51,520 nt of DNA from Pseudomonadota bacterium (GTDB lineage: Bacteria; Desulfobacterota; Desulfobacteria; Desulfobacterales; JBDRRP01): assembly GCA_043825735.1 (NCBI GenBank), contig JBDRRP010000015.1, positions 62,001 through 113,520 on the forward strand, read 5' to 3'. The notes below the pieces were generated by a model, which saw only the letters and a list, made by a program, of their open reading frames with translations, was not told the origin of the DNA and did no database searches. The stretch's first letter is position 1. The number at the start of each line of letters is the position of its first letter. Both the position numbers and the translations under genes were made by a program. This document shows positions 18,968-28,543 of this stretch, in pieces.

Positions 18968-21262
18968 ATGGAACGGATACGCCAATCACTCGACAACCTC
19001 GGCAACGAAATGACCGCACAAGAGGGTCGCGCACTGATCCCCTTCGAAGCGTTCCTTGACGCGCTCACCCAGCAGCCGGCACGAGTCATCCGGAATATTT
19101 TTCAGACGTTTCACGACATGGTGCGCGCCCACGTGGGTGAGGGGGAAGACGAATACCCCGATGATCCTGAATCGATCAACTACGTCTGCTATGACTGCAA
19201 CAGCCTTTTCGTAAACGGCGCGGACCGGCCGTTCTTTGCAGACCGCCTCTTTGCCAACCGGCTCATCAACCACGTGGAGTCCATGCGGCGCGGCTCCCAG
19301 CAAAACAAGATCTACATCTTCGAAGGCCCTCACGGCAGCGGAAAGAGCACCTTTCTCAATAATCTCCTCCAGAAATTCGAGATCTATGCCAATACCGAGG
19401 AGGGGCGGCGCTTTGAAATCGTCTGGCACCTGGACCGCGACCTCATGGGCTCTCCCGGCGAAGTCTCCACGCTGAACGTCTTTGAAAAACTCTTTGAAAT
19501 GCAGGAGGAAATGGACAAGACGCACCTGGAGGCCATCAGAGAAAAAACGCCTTTGAAAATGTCGACCCAGCACATCGACGTGCCCTGCCCCAGCCATGAT
19601 CATCCACTGCTCATCATCCCCAAGGACCTGCGCCGGTCCTTTCTGGATGAACTCCTGGAAAACGACGAGTTCAAGTGGAAGCTGTTCACCGAAAAAGAGT
19701 ACGAGTGGGTCTTTAAACAGTCTCCCTGCACGATCTGCACGTCCCTCTACCAGGCGCTGGTGGAAAAGCTCGGCAGCGCCCGGCGGGTGTTCGACATGGT
19801 CACCGTGCGCGCCTATCTGTTCAACCGCCGCCTGGGAGAGGGTATCAGCGTGTTCAACCCCGGCGACCGCCCGATGCGCCAGAGCGTCTTGACCAACGAG
19901 ATGCTCCAGCGGCGCATCAGCAACACCTTCCGTGACAGCAATCAGGTCAACTACATCTACTCACGCTATGCCAAGACCAACAACGGCATCTATGCCCTCA
20001 TGGACATCAAGAATCACAATACCGAGCGGATGCTGGAGCTTCACAACATCGTCAGCGAAGGGGTGCACAAGGTGGAAGACATCGAGGAAAACGTCAACTC
20101 GCTGCTCTTTGGCCTGATGAACCCGGAAGACCGTGAAAACATCAAGGACATGCAGTCCTTTTCCGATCGCATCGAATACATCAAGATCCCTTACATTCTA
20201 GACATCAAGACAGAAGTGGAAATATACCGAAACATCTTCGGCCGCCACATCGATGACAACTTTCTCCCGAGGGTGCTCCACAATTTCGCGCGGGTCGTGC
20301 TTAGCTCAAGATTGAATCTGCGCTCAGAAGCCATGCTGGAATGGATCCCGCTCCCGGCCAAATACCATCAGTACTGCGATGATAACCTGCAGCTGCTGAA
20401 GATGGAAATCTATACCGGCCACATCCCGCCATGGCTCTCAGAGGAGGACAGAAAAAACCTCACCTACAAGCGGCGAAAGCGCATCATCGGCGAATCGGAA
20501 AACGAAGGATGGCAGGGTTATTCGGGAAGAGACAGTATCCGCATCTTCAACGATTTTTACCTCACCTACGCCCGTGAAGACCGGCTGATCACCATGGCCG
20601 AGCTCTGCAAGTTCTTTTCAAAGAAACGAAAGGGCGGTGACGATTTCATCCCCGATGGGCTCCTCGACTCGCTTCTCAGGATGTACGACTACACGGTGCT
20701 CCAGGAAGTGAAGGAGTGCCTCTACTATTACAATCGGGAAAAAATCTCCAGAGACATCCAGAACTACCTTTTTGCAGTCAATTTCGATATGGGCCTGACG
20801 ACAACGTGCAAGTATACCGGCGACAGTCTCACGGTCAGCGAGGAGTTTTTAAGCGGCATCGAGGGCAAGCTTCTCCCGCCCGACGCCGGCAAAGGCGATC
20901 AGCTCAAGTTTCGCCAAGACACGCAGAAAACCTACACCACCCAGACGCTGACACAGGAAATGATGGTGGAGGGGCTGGCGATCACCGAAACCCAGCTCTA
21001 CGAGACGCTTCATGACCGCTACGTCTACCGGCTGAAAGAAAAAGTGCTCGACCCGATGATCGAAAACGAGAACTTCCGGCGGGCCATCAAGGATCTCGAC
21101 AGCGAGGATTTCAAGACCTACGACGAGAAAACCCGGCAGGCGGTCACCTACCTCATCGGCAACCTCGAATCCCAGTTCGGCTACACCCGCATGGGCGCCC
21201 GTGAGGTGAGCCTGTATGTCATCGACGCGCAGGATCGGGATAAAGGGACTCAAAAGACCTAA
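18968..21262 (+). CDS. prkA: PrkA family AAA+ protein (copy 2, divergent)
   Basis: Walker A GPHGSGKS, VPCPSHDHPL, SFSDRIEYIKIPY, EGWQGYSGR, FGY near the C-terminus. Confidence 0.85.
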   Translation: MERIRQSLDNLGNEMTAQEGRALIPFEAFLDALTQQPARVIRNIFQTFHDMVRAHVGEGEDEYPDDPESINYVCYDCNSLFVNGADRPFFADRLFANRLINHVESMRRGSQQNKIYIFEGPHGSGKSTFLNNLLQKFEIYANTEEGRRFEIVWHLDRDLMGSPGEVSTLNVFEKLFEMQEEMDKTHLEAIREKTPLKMSTQHIDVPCPSHDHPLLIIPKDLRRSFLDELLENDEFKWKLFTEKEYEWVFKQSPCTICTSLYQALVEKLGSARRVFDMVTVRAYLFNRRLGEGISVFNPGDRPMRQSVLTNEMLQRRISNTFRDSNQVNYIYSRYAKTNNGIYALMDIKNHNTERMLELHNIVSEGVHKVEDIEENVNSLLFGLMNPEDRENIKDMQSFSDRIEYIKIPYILDIKTEVEIYRNIFGRHIDDNFLPRVLHNFARVVLSSRLNLRSEAMLEWIPLPAKYHQYCDDNLQLLKMEIYTGHIPPWLSEEDRKNLTYKRRKRIIGESENEGWQGYSGRDSIRIFNDFYLTYAREDRLITMAELCKFFSKKRKGGDDFIPDGLLDSLLRMYDYTVLQEVKECLYYYNREKISRDIQNYLFAVNFDMGLTTTCKYTGDSLTVSEEFLSGIEGKLLPPDAGKGDQLKFRQDTQKTYTTQTLTQEMMVEGLAITETQLYETLHDRYVYRLKEKVLDPMIENENFRRAIKDLDSEDFKTYDEKTRQAVTYLIGNLESQFGYTRMGAREVSLYVIDAQDRDKGTQKT

Positions 21263-21308
21263 GGGACCTAAAATATTTCGTTACGCTTTAGGTCCTTTTT
21301 GTCCCTTG
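21243..21308. repeat. 9-mer periodic palindrome (AAGGGACCT)n ... (AGGTCCTTT)n overlapping the prkA copy 2 stop
   Basis: AAGGGACTC AAAAGACCT AAGGGACCT versus AGGTCCTTT TTGTCCCTT; lies between convergent genes. Confidence 0.7.
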
Positions 21309-21324
21309 ACCCGAAGCTTCCAGA

Positions 21325-21798
21325 TCAACTCCCCTGCAGGTCAACCATTTCCAGATGGTGGTCAATCTGGATGCACCCCACAACGCTCTGAGCCGCCGGG
21401 CAGTGCGGCAGATAGACGCCGAAAGCCGCCTCGGCGTCGGCGCGCTTGTCCGCGGTCAGGTGAAGCGTGTAGCCTACGATGATACGGGTAATCTTGAGCA
21501 CACCGCCCACCGCCTCGATCTCTCCGGCGACATCCGCGCGGAACCGGTCTTGTGGGGTGGGAATCTTGCTTTTCGCCAGCATCGCGGCGAAGGTGCCCAT
21601 CATTCAGCCGCCAACCGCGCCCACCATGTGGTCCAGCGTGGCGGCGTGCTCCTCTTCCGGATCGATCTTGTAAAAGCCTTTGATACCCCCGTGAACCCCG
21701 TAATAGACCGGGCTGTCGAACCCCTTGATCAGCGCCTTGCGGGTGGGGCCTTTTTCTCTTGTAATGGTGATTTCCGATCGGTGAACAATTTCGCCCAT
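21325..21798 (-). CDS. OsmC/Ohr-family protein, probable selenoprotein (in-frame UGA at 21606-21604)
   Basis: AAGGAGG RBS before ATG 21798. Two track ORFs abut in the same frame across one TGA, giving HMVGAVGG-U-MMGTF; second Cys in PHCPAAQSV; SECIS-like hairpin downstream of the UGA. Confidence 0.85.
21572..21591 (-). promoter_or_regulatory. Candidate bacterial SECIS hairpin
   Basis: UUCGCC-GC-GAU-GC-U-GGCGAA starting 12 nt after the UGA, with G in the apical loop. Confidence 0.7.
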
Positions 21799-22072
21799 GA
21801 GTGCCTCCTTAGGCAATGGTTCCTTGGGAACCAGCGTGCTTTCCATCCGTCCGGCCGCCAGATTACCTCGCGGCCGGCGTTGAAAAAGGATAAGACCAGT
21901 TGACTGAGATGCAACAATTGGGTCGCTTCGCGCGAATACGCCGATCGGCACCCGAACGCGTCCGTCGCGCGGGGGGGGGGGGGGGGCAGGCTGCGGTGGC
22001 ACGCGCATCTTTCCGGATGCGGCGCGGCGTTATTTCGCCCGCACAAAAGCCCCCCTTTCACCCGGCACTGGG

Positions 22073-23283
22073 TTACCGGTAGACGGGGGTGATGGTCGTC
22101 CGGGTATATGAGTCCAAGATGATAAACGGATTGGCGGTGCACGACGGGCACTCGATAAACGGCGCCTGCATGACGATGGGCGGGACGCTGTCGGTCAGCA
22201 CGGTCTCTTCAGGTGCGGGGCTCAGCGGCAGATCCACGTCCTTTTGAATCACGTAGCGGTAGGGGTCCAGATTGGCGAAGAAAAACGCCTTGAACCGGCG
22301 GCGTTCGTCTTCACTGATCGTCCCGGTCCAGTCACCGGCCTCGGCCACGGTAACATCGACCGGAATCCAGCCATAGCCCTCTAGGTAGAACTCGGCCCAG
22401 AAGTGGGTTCCCGCATGTCCCATGATCATCTGGTAGCCGCCGGTGCTGCGGGCCGGGATGCCCAGTGACCGGCACATGGCCGAAAAAAGCATGCTCTGCG
22501 CACCGCAATCGCCATGTCGGTATTCCTGGACGTATTGCGCCTCTTGCACGCCCAGGACCTGCAGGGTGACATGGGGCGTCAGACTGTAGGGGTAATGCGC
22601 TAGAATATGCTCGTAGAGCTTTTTTGCCATGAGGTAGGGATTGCCTTCTTCACCGAGCGGGCTGCGGTCTTCACAAATTCGGCCGGTTGAGCGGTGATCA
22701 ACCTTGGGTTCACCTGGCTGCCCGTCTGCACCGGCAGCGGGACCCAGAGCTTGATCGTGCCGCTTTCCGGCAGTGCTGACCGGGGAATGCGCACCGACAC
22801 CTCTCCGACGAAAGTGACCGGGTTGGTGTAAGGCTGCCAGGTACGGGGCGGATAGGTGGTGGTTTCGGGTGCGAAAACGATGTCCCGCAACTGGTCGAAA
22901 AAGGGGCTGCCGGCGCCTTTCTGCTGAAGGACGCGGCGAAGCAGCGCCACATGACGAAACCCGATGTTCTTGACGACGCCTGAAAAAAACAGTCTCCGTC
23001 CGTCAATCTCCACGCTCGGCGTATGGGGATTGGTCAACCACACCGTCATCTGGTCGACGGAGGCCTCGGGGTAAGCCGCCATCAGCTGATCACGCGCTTG
23101 CTGCTCGGAAAATGGGAACTCATCGGCAATCAGTTCCATCTTCCATTTCAACACCCTGAGGCGGGACGGGTCCTTACAGGTGCTGAGTTCCTGAAGAAAC
23201 GGTGCGATATCGATGAGGGCATGGGCCTGGCCACTGAGAAAAACCGCACACCCAACAACGAATACGGTAATCCATCTTTTCAT
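22073..23283 (-). pseudogene. Secreted transglutaminase-like protein, frameshifted near 22655
   Basis: 5' frame has a signal peptide and KLWVPLP. 3' frame has GDCGAQS, HFWAEFY and GWIPVD (Cys-His-Asp triad). Frames switch at EFVKTAAR / GEEGNPYL. Confidence 0.75.
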
Positions 23284-23548
23284 CGATAGCCTCCATTCTG
23301 CGAAGATGTTGCGGATCCGATCCGTGCCGATATTCAGACCGTTGGCGATGCCATCCGGTCGTCGACGCAAGATTCGGTATTGGGCTTAATACGGAGACAC
23401 CATTGCTGATCCCCGGGTACGTCGCGGTGTCTTTGGGCTGGATCCCGGCATTCAGCATGGCATAGATGATTGGCCATGTTCAAGATATTTGAGCATCTGA
23501 CTTAAACCACGCCCCGGTCAGGGATGTAAAAAACTATCGGCGGAATAC

Positions 23549-23579
23549 AAAAAAGCCCCTCCCGCAAGGGAGGGGCTTT
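23549..23579 (-). terminator. Rho-independent terminator of serC
   Basis: AAAGCCCCTCCC-GCAA-GGGAGGGGCTTT, with a U-run on the minus strand. Confidence 0.85.
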
Positions 23580-23628
23580 CGCTATCAGGATGCCATCGCA
23601 CTTGAATCGCCGGGTCGGTCGGAAAGGC

Positions 23629-24717
23629 CTATCCGTTTTTCTTTTCAAACGCGTCCATGAACCCGACCAGGGCGTCGATGCCGTCCATGGTGGTGGCGTT
23701 GTAGATGGAGGCGCGGCAACCGCCCACCGAGCGGTGGCCCTTGAGGCCGCCCAGATCGCTTTTGGCGGCCTCGGCCACGAATCGCTTTTCCAACTCCTCG
23801 GACGGCAGCCGGAAGGTGACATTCATGAGGCTGCGGCTGTCGGCGTCGGCGGTGCCCCGGTAAAAACCGCTCTTGTCGATGAAGTCATAGAGATTGCCGG
23901 CCTTGGCCACGTTCAGGGCTTCCATCTTGGCAAGCCCGCCCACCGTCTCCTCGAGCCACTTGAGCACCAATTGGACCGTGTAGATGGCAAAGCACGGCGG
24001 CGTGTTGTACATGGAGTTCTTCTCCGAGTACGTGGTGTACTTGAGCATGCTGGGAATCGCCGCGGGGACCCGCTCCAGGAAATCCTTGCGGACAATCACC
24101 ATGCACACCCCGGCCGGCCCGATATTCTTCTGGGCACCGGCGTAGATCATGCCAAAGCGCTCCGTGTCCAGCGGCCGACTCATGATATCCGAGGACATGT
24201 CGCAGACAATGGGCACGCCGGCGGTATCGGGGAAGCGCTGCCACTGGGTACCCTTGATGGTATTGTTGGAGGTGATGTGGGCATAAACCGCGCCGGGGGT
24301 GAAGGTCACGTTTTTGGGGATGTAGCAAAAATCCCGGTCCGCCGATGAGGCGACTTCGCTGACGGTCTTTTTCTGGATTTTTGCTTCCTTGAACGCCTTT
24401 GTGGCCCAAGTGCCGGTATTGACGTAATCGGCCGTATCGCCCTCGCCCAGAAAGTTCATGGGGATCATGCAAAACTGCATGCTGGCCCCACCCTGGATAA
24501 AGAGCACCTCGTAGCGCGCGTCCAGATTCAAAAGACGCCTGGTGCGGGCCACGGCGTCATTGATCACCGCATCAAACGGGGCAGAGCGGTGGCTCACCTC
24601 AAGGATGGACATGCCGGTGCCGCTGAAATCGAGAAAATCGGCCTGAATTTCTTCCAATACCGGCAGCGGCAGTGCGGCCGGCCCTGCGTTAAAGTTGAAA
24701 ACCCGATGGTTGCTCAT
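23629..24717 (-). CDS. serC: Phosphoserine aminotransferase
   Basis: FNFNAGPAALP, EVSHRS, DMSSD, AGAQKNIG (PLP Lys), KGHRSVGG. Confidence 0.96.
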   Translation of the reverse strand: MSNHRVFNFNAGPAALPLPVLEEIQADFLDFSGTGMSILEVSHRSAPFDAVINDAVARTRRLLNLDARYEVLFIQGGASMQFCMIPMNFLGEGDTADYVNTGTWATKAFKEAKIQKKTVSEVASSADRDFCYIPKNVTFTPGAVYAHITSNNTIKGTQWQRFPDTAGVPIVCDMSSDIMSRPLDTERFGMIYAGAQKNIGPAGVCMVIVRKDFLERVPAAIPSMLKYTTYSEKNSMYNTPPCFAIYTVQLVLKWLEETVGGLAKMEALNVAKAGNLYDFIDKSGFYRGTADADSRSLMNVTFRLPSEELEKRFVAEAAKSDLGGLKGHRSVGGCRASIYNATTMDGIDALVGFMDAFEKKNG

Positions 24718-25098
24718 GCATTGTTCTCCATTTGTGGATGGGCATCAGTTGGTTGCACACGCTGTTATTCATAACGGCATAAATCCTTGCCAACAAATAC
24801 ACGGCGGAAAGCGGTAGTGCATCATGGATAATCAGTCGCCTTTGGGTTCAGGACTCTCTGCCCGCAAAGATTCAAGCCGCCGTGTATAAATCATCAATAA
24901 TGGTAAGGGCTTCCAGTATTTTGGAAGTTGCTACATTTCCAGAAACAAATCGCCTTGTCAACGGCAATCTCCTGTGGTTACCTGTCTGACAATACCCGGC
25001 GTTGACAATGCCGGCGACGATACAATAGTTAGCCAGTGACGGCGGTTTCCATTTACCGCAATTTTTCTAATCATTTCTGAGCAGAGGATTAAATTCGG

Positions 25099-26397
25099 AT
25101 GAACATTCTCTCCTATCCGTCAGCGGCGGCAGACAAGCGACTGCAGAAAATCATCCATCGGGATATCGGTTTCCGGAAAAAAGATACCGACGCCGTGGCC
25201 CGCATCGTGGCCGATGTGCGCAAAAACGGCGACGCGGCCCTGCTGACGTACGCCCGGCGGTTCGACTGCCCCGAGATGACGACGGCCGATCTGGCCGTGA
25301 CGTCAGAAGAGTTCGCCGAAGCCAGAAAACAGGTAGACCGCCGAGTCATGAACGCCCTGAGCCGAGCCATCCGGCAGATCACCGCCTTTCACCGGCGACA
25401 GCTGCCCAACTCATGGGTGGATACCGCCCGCGACGGGTCCATGCTGGGCCAGATGATCCATCCGGTGGACGCCGCCGGCGTGTACGTTCCCGGCGGTCAG
25501 GGGGGAACGACCCCCCTGGTCTCGTCGGTGCTGATGGGCGTCATCCCGGCACGCATCGCCGGAGTACCCCGGGTGGTCATGGCCTCTCCGCCCATGGCCA
25601 ATGGCCGTCTTAACCCGTACCTGCTGGTCGCGGCCGAAAAAACCGGTGTCGATGCGGTGTACAAAGTCGGCAGTGCCTGGGCCGTGGCCGGACTGGCCTA
25701 CGGGACCGAAACACTGCCCCGGGTGGATGTCATCGTTGGCCCCGGTAATCTCTACGTGACGCTGGCGAAAAAACTCGTCGCCGGCACCGTGGGTATCGAC
25801 ATGATCGCCGGTCCCAGCGAGATCCTGATCATCGCAGACAATGCCGCCAACCCAGAATTTCTTGCCGCCGACATGCTCTCCCAGGCCGAACACGACAAGC
25901 TGGCCTCGGCGGTGCTGCTCACCACATCGGCATCGGTGGCAGAAAACACCCGGCGGGCGCTGACCGCGCAGCTGGAAGCGCTCGGCCGTCGGGAAATTGC
26001 AGCGGCGTCAATAAAGAATTTTGCGGCCATCCTGGTCGTCCCCGATCTGAATACGGCCGTGGATCTGGCAAACCGCATCGCCCCCGAGCACCTGGAGCTT
26101 CAAGTGGCCGCGCCGCTGGACTGGGTGGGACGCATCAGAAACGCCGGGGCGGTCTTTATGGGCGAGCACACCCCGGAGCCCATCGGCGACTATATCGCCG
26201 GCCCCAACCATGTGCTGCCAACGGCCGGTACGGCCCGGTTCTCGTCAGCCCTGTCGGTGGAGACCTTCGTTAAAAAAACCAGCCTTATCTACTACAACCG
26301 GGCGCGCTTTTGCGAAGAAGCCAAAGACGTCATGGCGCTGGCAGGTGTGGAGGGCCTCGGCGCCCATGCCAACGCGGTAGCGATCCGTCTGAAATGA
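25099..26397 (+). CDS. hisD: Histidinol dehydrogenase
   Basis: GVYVPGG, GPGNLYV, IDMIAGPSE, SQAEHD, APEHL, GPNHVLPT. Confidence 0.96.
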   Translation: MNILSYPSAAADKRLQKIIHRDIGFRKKDTDAVARIVADVRKNGDAALLTYARRFDCPEMTTADLAVTSEEFAEARKQVDRRVMNALSRAIRQITAFHRRQLPNSWVDTARDGSMLGQMIHPVDAAGVYVPGGQGGTTPLVSSVLMGVIPARIAGVPRVVMASPPMANGRLNPYLLVAAEKTGVDAVYKVGSAWAVAGLAYGTETLPRVDVIVGPGNLYVTLAKKLVAGTVGIDMIAGPSEILIIADNAANPEFLAADMLSQAEHDKLASAVLLTTSASVAENTRRALTAQLEALGRREIAAASIKNFAAILVVPDLNTAVDLANRIAPEHLELQVAAPLDWVGRIRNAGAVFMGEHTPEPIGDYIAGPNHVLPTAGTARFSSALSVETFVKKTSLIYYNRARFCEEAKDVMALAGVEGLGAHANAVAIRLK

Positions 26398-26446
26398 CAT
26401 CGAAATGGACCCGCTATGAAAACGGTTCTCATTTTTGAGGCGACTT

Positions 26447-27097
26447 TTAAAAAATGGCGCCCACGGAAAAGGCCAGTAGAAACTGCCCCGAGTAGTAAAG
26501 CGGAAGGCCCACCGCCCGGTTCAAAAACGCCTCTGTGACGAACCGCTGCCGGGCCACAAAGAGGTCCGAAACGTAGAACAAGAATGCCCCGATCAGGATC
26601 ATCCACTGCCCCTGCGGCCGTAGCCCACCAGCCCTGAAGACGCCCACGGCACCAATGAGCATCAGTGAGATGATCAGCACATAGGCGATCACCGGCCCCG
26701 CCATCTTGCCCAGGTGCGGCCGGAGCCACAGGTAGACCCCGGCACTCACCCCCACGACGCAGGCCGTGCCTGCCGACGCCCACAGGCGCAGCGGGCTGAT
26801 CTGGGCAAACGCCACCACATACATGACATGCCCTATGAGAAAAGACACCAGCCCCACCAGAAACGCCGGCCGCTGAGGCAGCGCGAGACAGACGTCCCCG
26901 CCCAGACAGAAGACCAACCCGGCCAGCACCCAAGTGTAATACGCGGGCAAGGGGTGCTGCTGCACGGCGGCCGCAAGGATAAACAGCAATGAAGCCAGCG
27001 GCTTGGTCAGCAGTTTTCCCTTCAGACTCTTTTTCTTCTCGGCGGTCAGAAGGCCCGCCAGCAATACAGCGGCGGCAACAAGTATTATCAGATTCAC
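26447..27097 (-). CDS. YhhN family (lysoplasmalogenase-like) membrane protein
   Basis: KPLAS, GGDVCL, FLIGH, FYVSDL, LYYSGQ. Likely GTG start at 27097 after GGAGG. Confidence 0.88.
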   Translation of the reverse strand: MNLIILVAAAVLLAGLLTAEKKKSLKGKLLTKPLASLLFILAAAVQQHPLPAYYTWVLAGLVFCLGGDVCLALPQRPAFLVGLVSFLIGHVMYVVAFAQISPLRLWASAGTACVVGVSAGVYLWLRPHLGKMAGPVIAYVLIISLMLIGAVGVFRAGGLRPQGQWMILIGAFLFYVSDLFVARQRFVTEAFLNRAVGLPLYYSGQFLLAFSVGAIF

Positions 27098-27284
27098 GTC
27101 AACGCCCTCCATCTTTTGGCAAATGGTGCGAGTGTGCACCGGTTCCGCGCCGGGGTCAAGGCCAGGCCGCCGCGCCCCGCCGGCTCAGGCGTCTTGACAC
27201 CAAAAAAAGCCCGGCATAAAAAAGCGCAACGGTGCCGGGGGCGCTGAGAAAAGCGAACATCGAACGTCCAACGCGAAGGTATTT

Positions 27285-27369
27285 TTCTTGCAAAAGCGCC
27301 AAGACCGTCAAGAGAAAAATAATTAATATCAGTGTTTTAGCTTTGCGATCGTTGCGCCGTTGCGTGAGA
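27285..27369. repeat. 8-9-mer periodic palindrome (GCAAAAGCGCCAAG ... CTTTGCG..TTGCG..TTGCGTGAGA)
   Basis: Degenerate inverted arms; a related half element CTTTGCGCCCTAGCGTCTTTGCGCGAGA is at 38646-38673. Confidence 0.6.
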
Positions 27370-27411
27370 TCCCAACTTCTTACGGGACTGGCAAGATTGA
27401 TGGAGCCGTTT

Positions 27412-28407
27412 ATGAAAACGATATCACTCGGACGCACCGCCTTGCCCGTAACCCCCATGGGGCTCGGGCTGGCCGCCCTCGGCCGCCCCGGTTACATCAA
27501 CCTGGGCCACGCCGAAGATCTGGCCGGCGACACCGAGGTCTCCGCCATGGCAGCCCGCGCCCACGCGGTGCTGGATGCCGCGTGGGCGGCCGGTGTCCGT
27601 TACTTTGACGCCGCCCGCTCCTACGGCCGGGCAGAAGCATTTCTGAGCGATTGGATTCGAGCGCGCCACCTGGATCCGGGTTTGGTGACGGTGGGGTCCA
27701 AATGGGGGTACGTCTATACGGCCGACTGGCAGGTGAAGGCCGCACACCACGAAATCAAGGAGCATTCCCTCTCCCGCCTCAACCAGCAGTGGCGCGAAAG
27801 CCGGGAGCTCCTGGGCGATCACCTGAAGCTCTACCAGATCCATTCAGCGACGCTGGAAAGCGGCGTTCTGGATAATACCGCGGTCTTGAACGCCCTGGCC
27901 GGGCTCAAAGCCAAAGGCGTTGGTGTGGGGCTGTCTGTAAGCGGCCCCCGGCAGGCCGAGGTGATTCGAAGGGCCTGCGCGTGCCGGATTGACGGGCGGC
28001 TTCTATTCGACACGATCCAGGCAACATGGAACCTGATAGAGCGCTCCGCCGGCCCGGCCTTGGCCGATGCCCACGCTGCCGGGATGGGGATCATCGTCAA
28101 GGAGGGCCTCGCCAACGGCCGCCTGACCTCCCGCAACGCCGATCCCGCCTTCACCGAACGCAGCCGGCGCCTGGCGCAGGAAGCCCGGCGCCTGGAAACG
28201 ACCGTCGATGCCCTTTCCCTGGCCGCGGTGCTGGCTCAACCCTGGACAGATGTGGTCTTGAGCGGGGCCGCCCGCACCGACCACTTGCTGGCCAATCTCA
28301 AGGCCCTGGATGTCCGATGGACTGCCCGGACTGACACCGCTTTGGCCGGTCTGTCTGAAACCGCCCCCGAGTACTGGCGCATCCGCGCGGCGCTGGCCTG
28401 GAATTAG
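27412..28407 (+). CDS. Aldo/keto reductase
   Basis: MGLG, YFDAARSYG, GSKWG, LYQIH, VVLSGA. Confidence 0.9.
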   Translation: MKTISLGRTALPVTPMGLGLAALGRPGYINLGHAEDLAGDTEVSAMAARAHAVLDAAWAAGVRYFDAARSYGRAEAFLSDWIRARHLDPGLVTVGSKWGYVYTADWQVKAAHHEIKEHSLSRLNQQWRESRELLGDHLKLYQIHSATLESGVLDNTAVLNALAGLKAKGVGVGLSVSGPRQAEVIRRACACRIDGRLLFDTIQATWNLIERSAGPALADAHAAGMGIIVKEGLANGRLTSRNADPAFTERSRRLAQEARRLETTVDALSLAAVLAQPWTDVVLSGAARTDHLLANLKALDVRWTARTDTALAGLSETAPEYWRIRAALAWN

Positions 28408-28436
28408 CGTCATGGCCCGATAACACAGCGCTGATT

Positions 28437-28522
28437 ACCACGAAGTACACTTAGGCCACGAAGATTTCATACCATCGTATTATTTTTGGGGGTTCTTCGT
28501 GCACTTCGCGTTCTTTGTGGTT
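28437..28522. repeat. 9-mer periodic palindrome (CACGAAG)n ... (CTTCGTG)n between convergent genes
   Basis: ACCACGAAG...CACGAAGA versus TCTTCGTGCACTTCGCGTTCTTTGTGGT; half copy at about 33717-33746. Confidence 0.7.
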
Positions 28523-28543
28523 CACATTCATTTGCAGCAACAA

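Noticed and set aside
21604..22008. 134-aa ORF with a Pro-rich N-terminus treated as its own gene
   Set aside because: The N-terminal part reads through the G16 tract; the real start is ATG 21798 with an RBS, and the frame continues through UGA.
25002..25026. TTGACA and TACAAT upstream of hisD
   Set aside because: The spacer is 13 nt, too short for a canonical sigma70 promoter.
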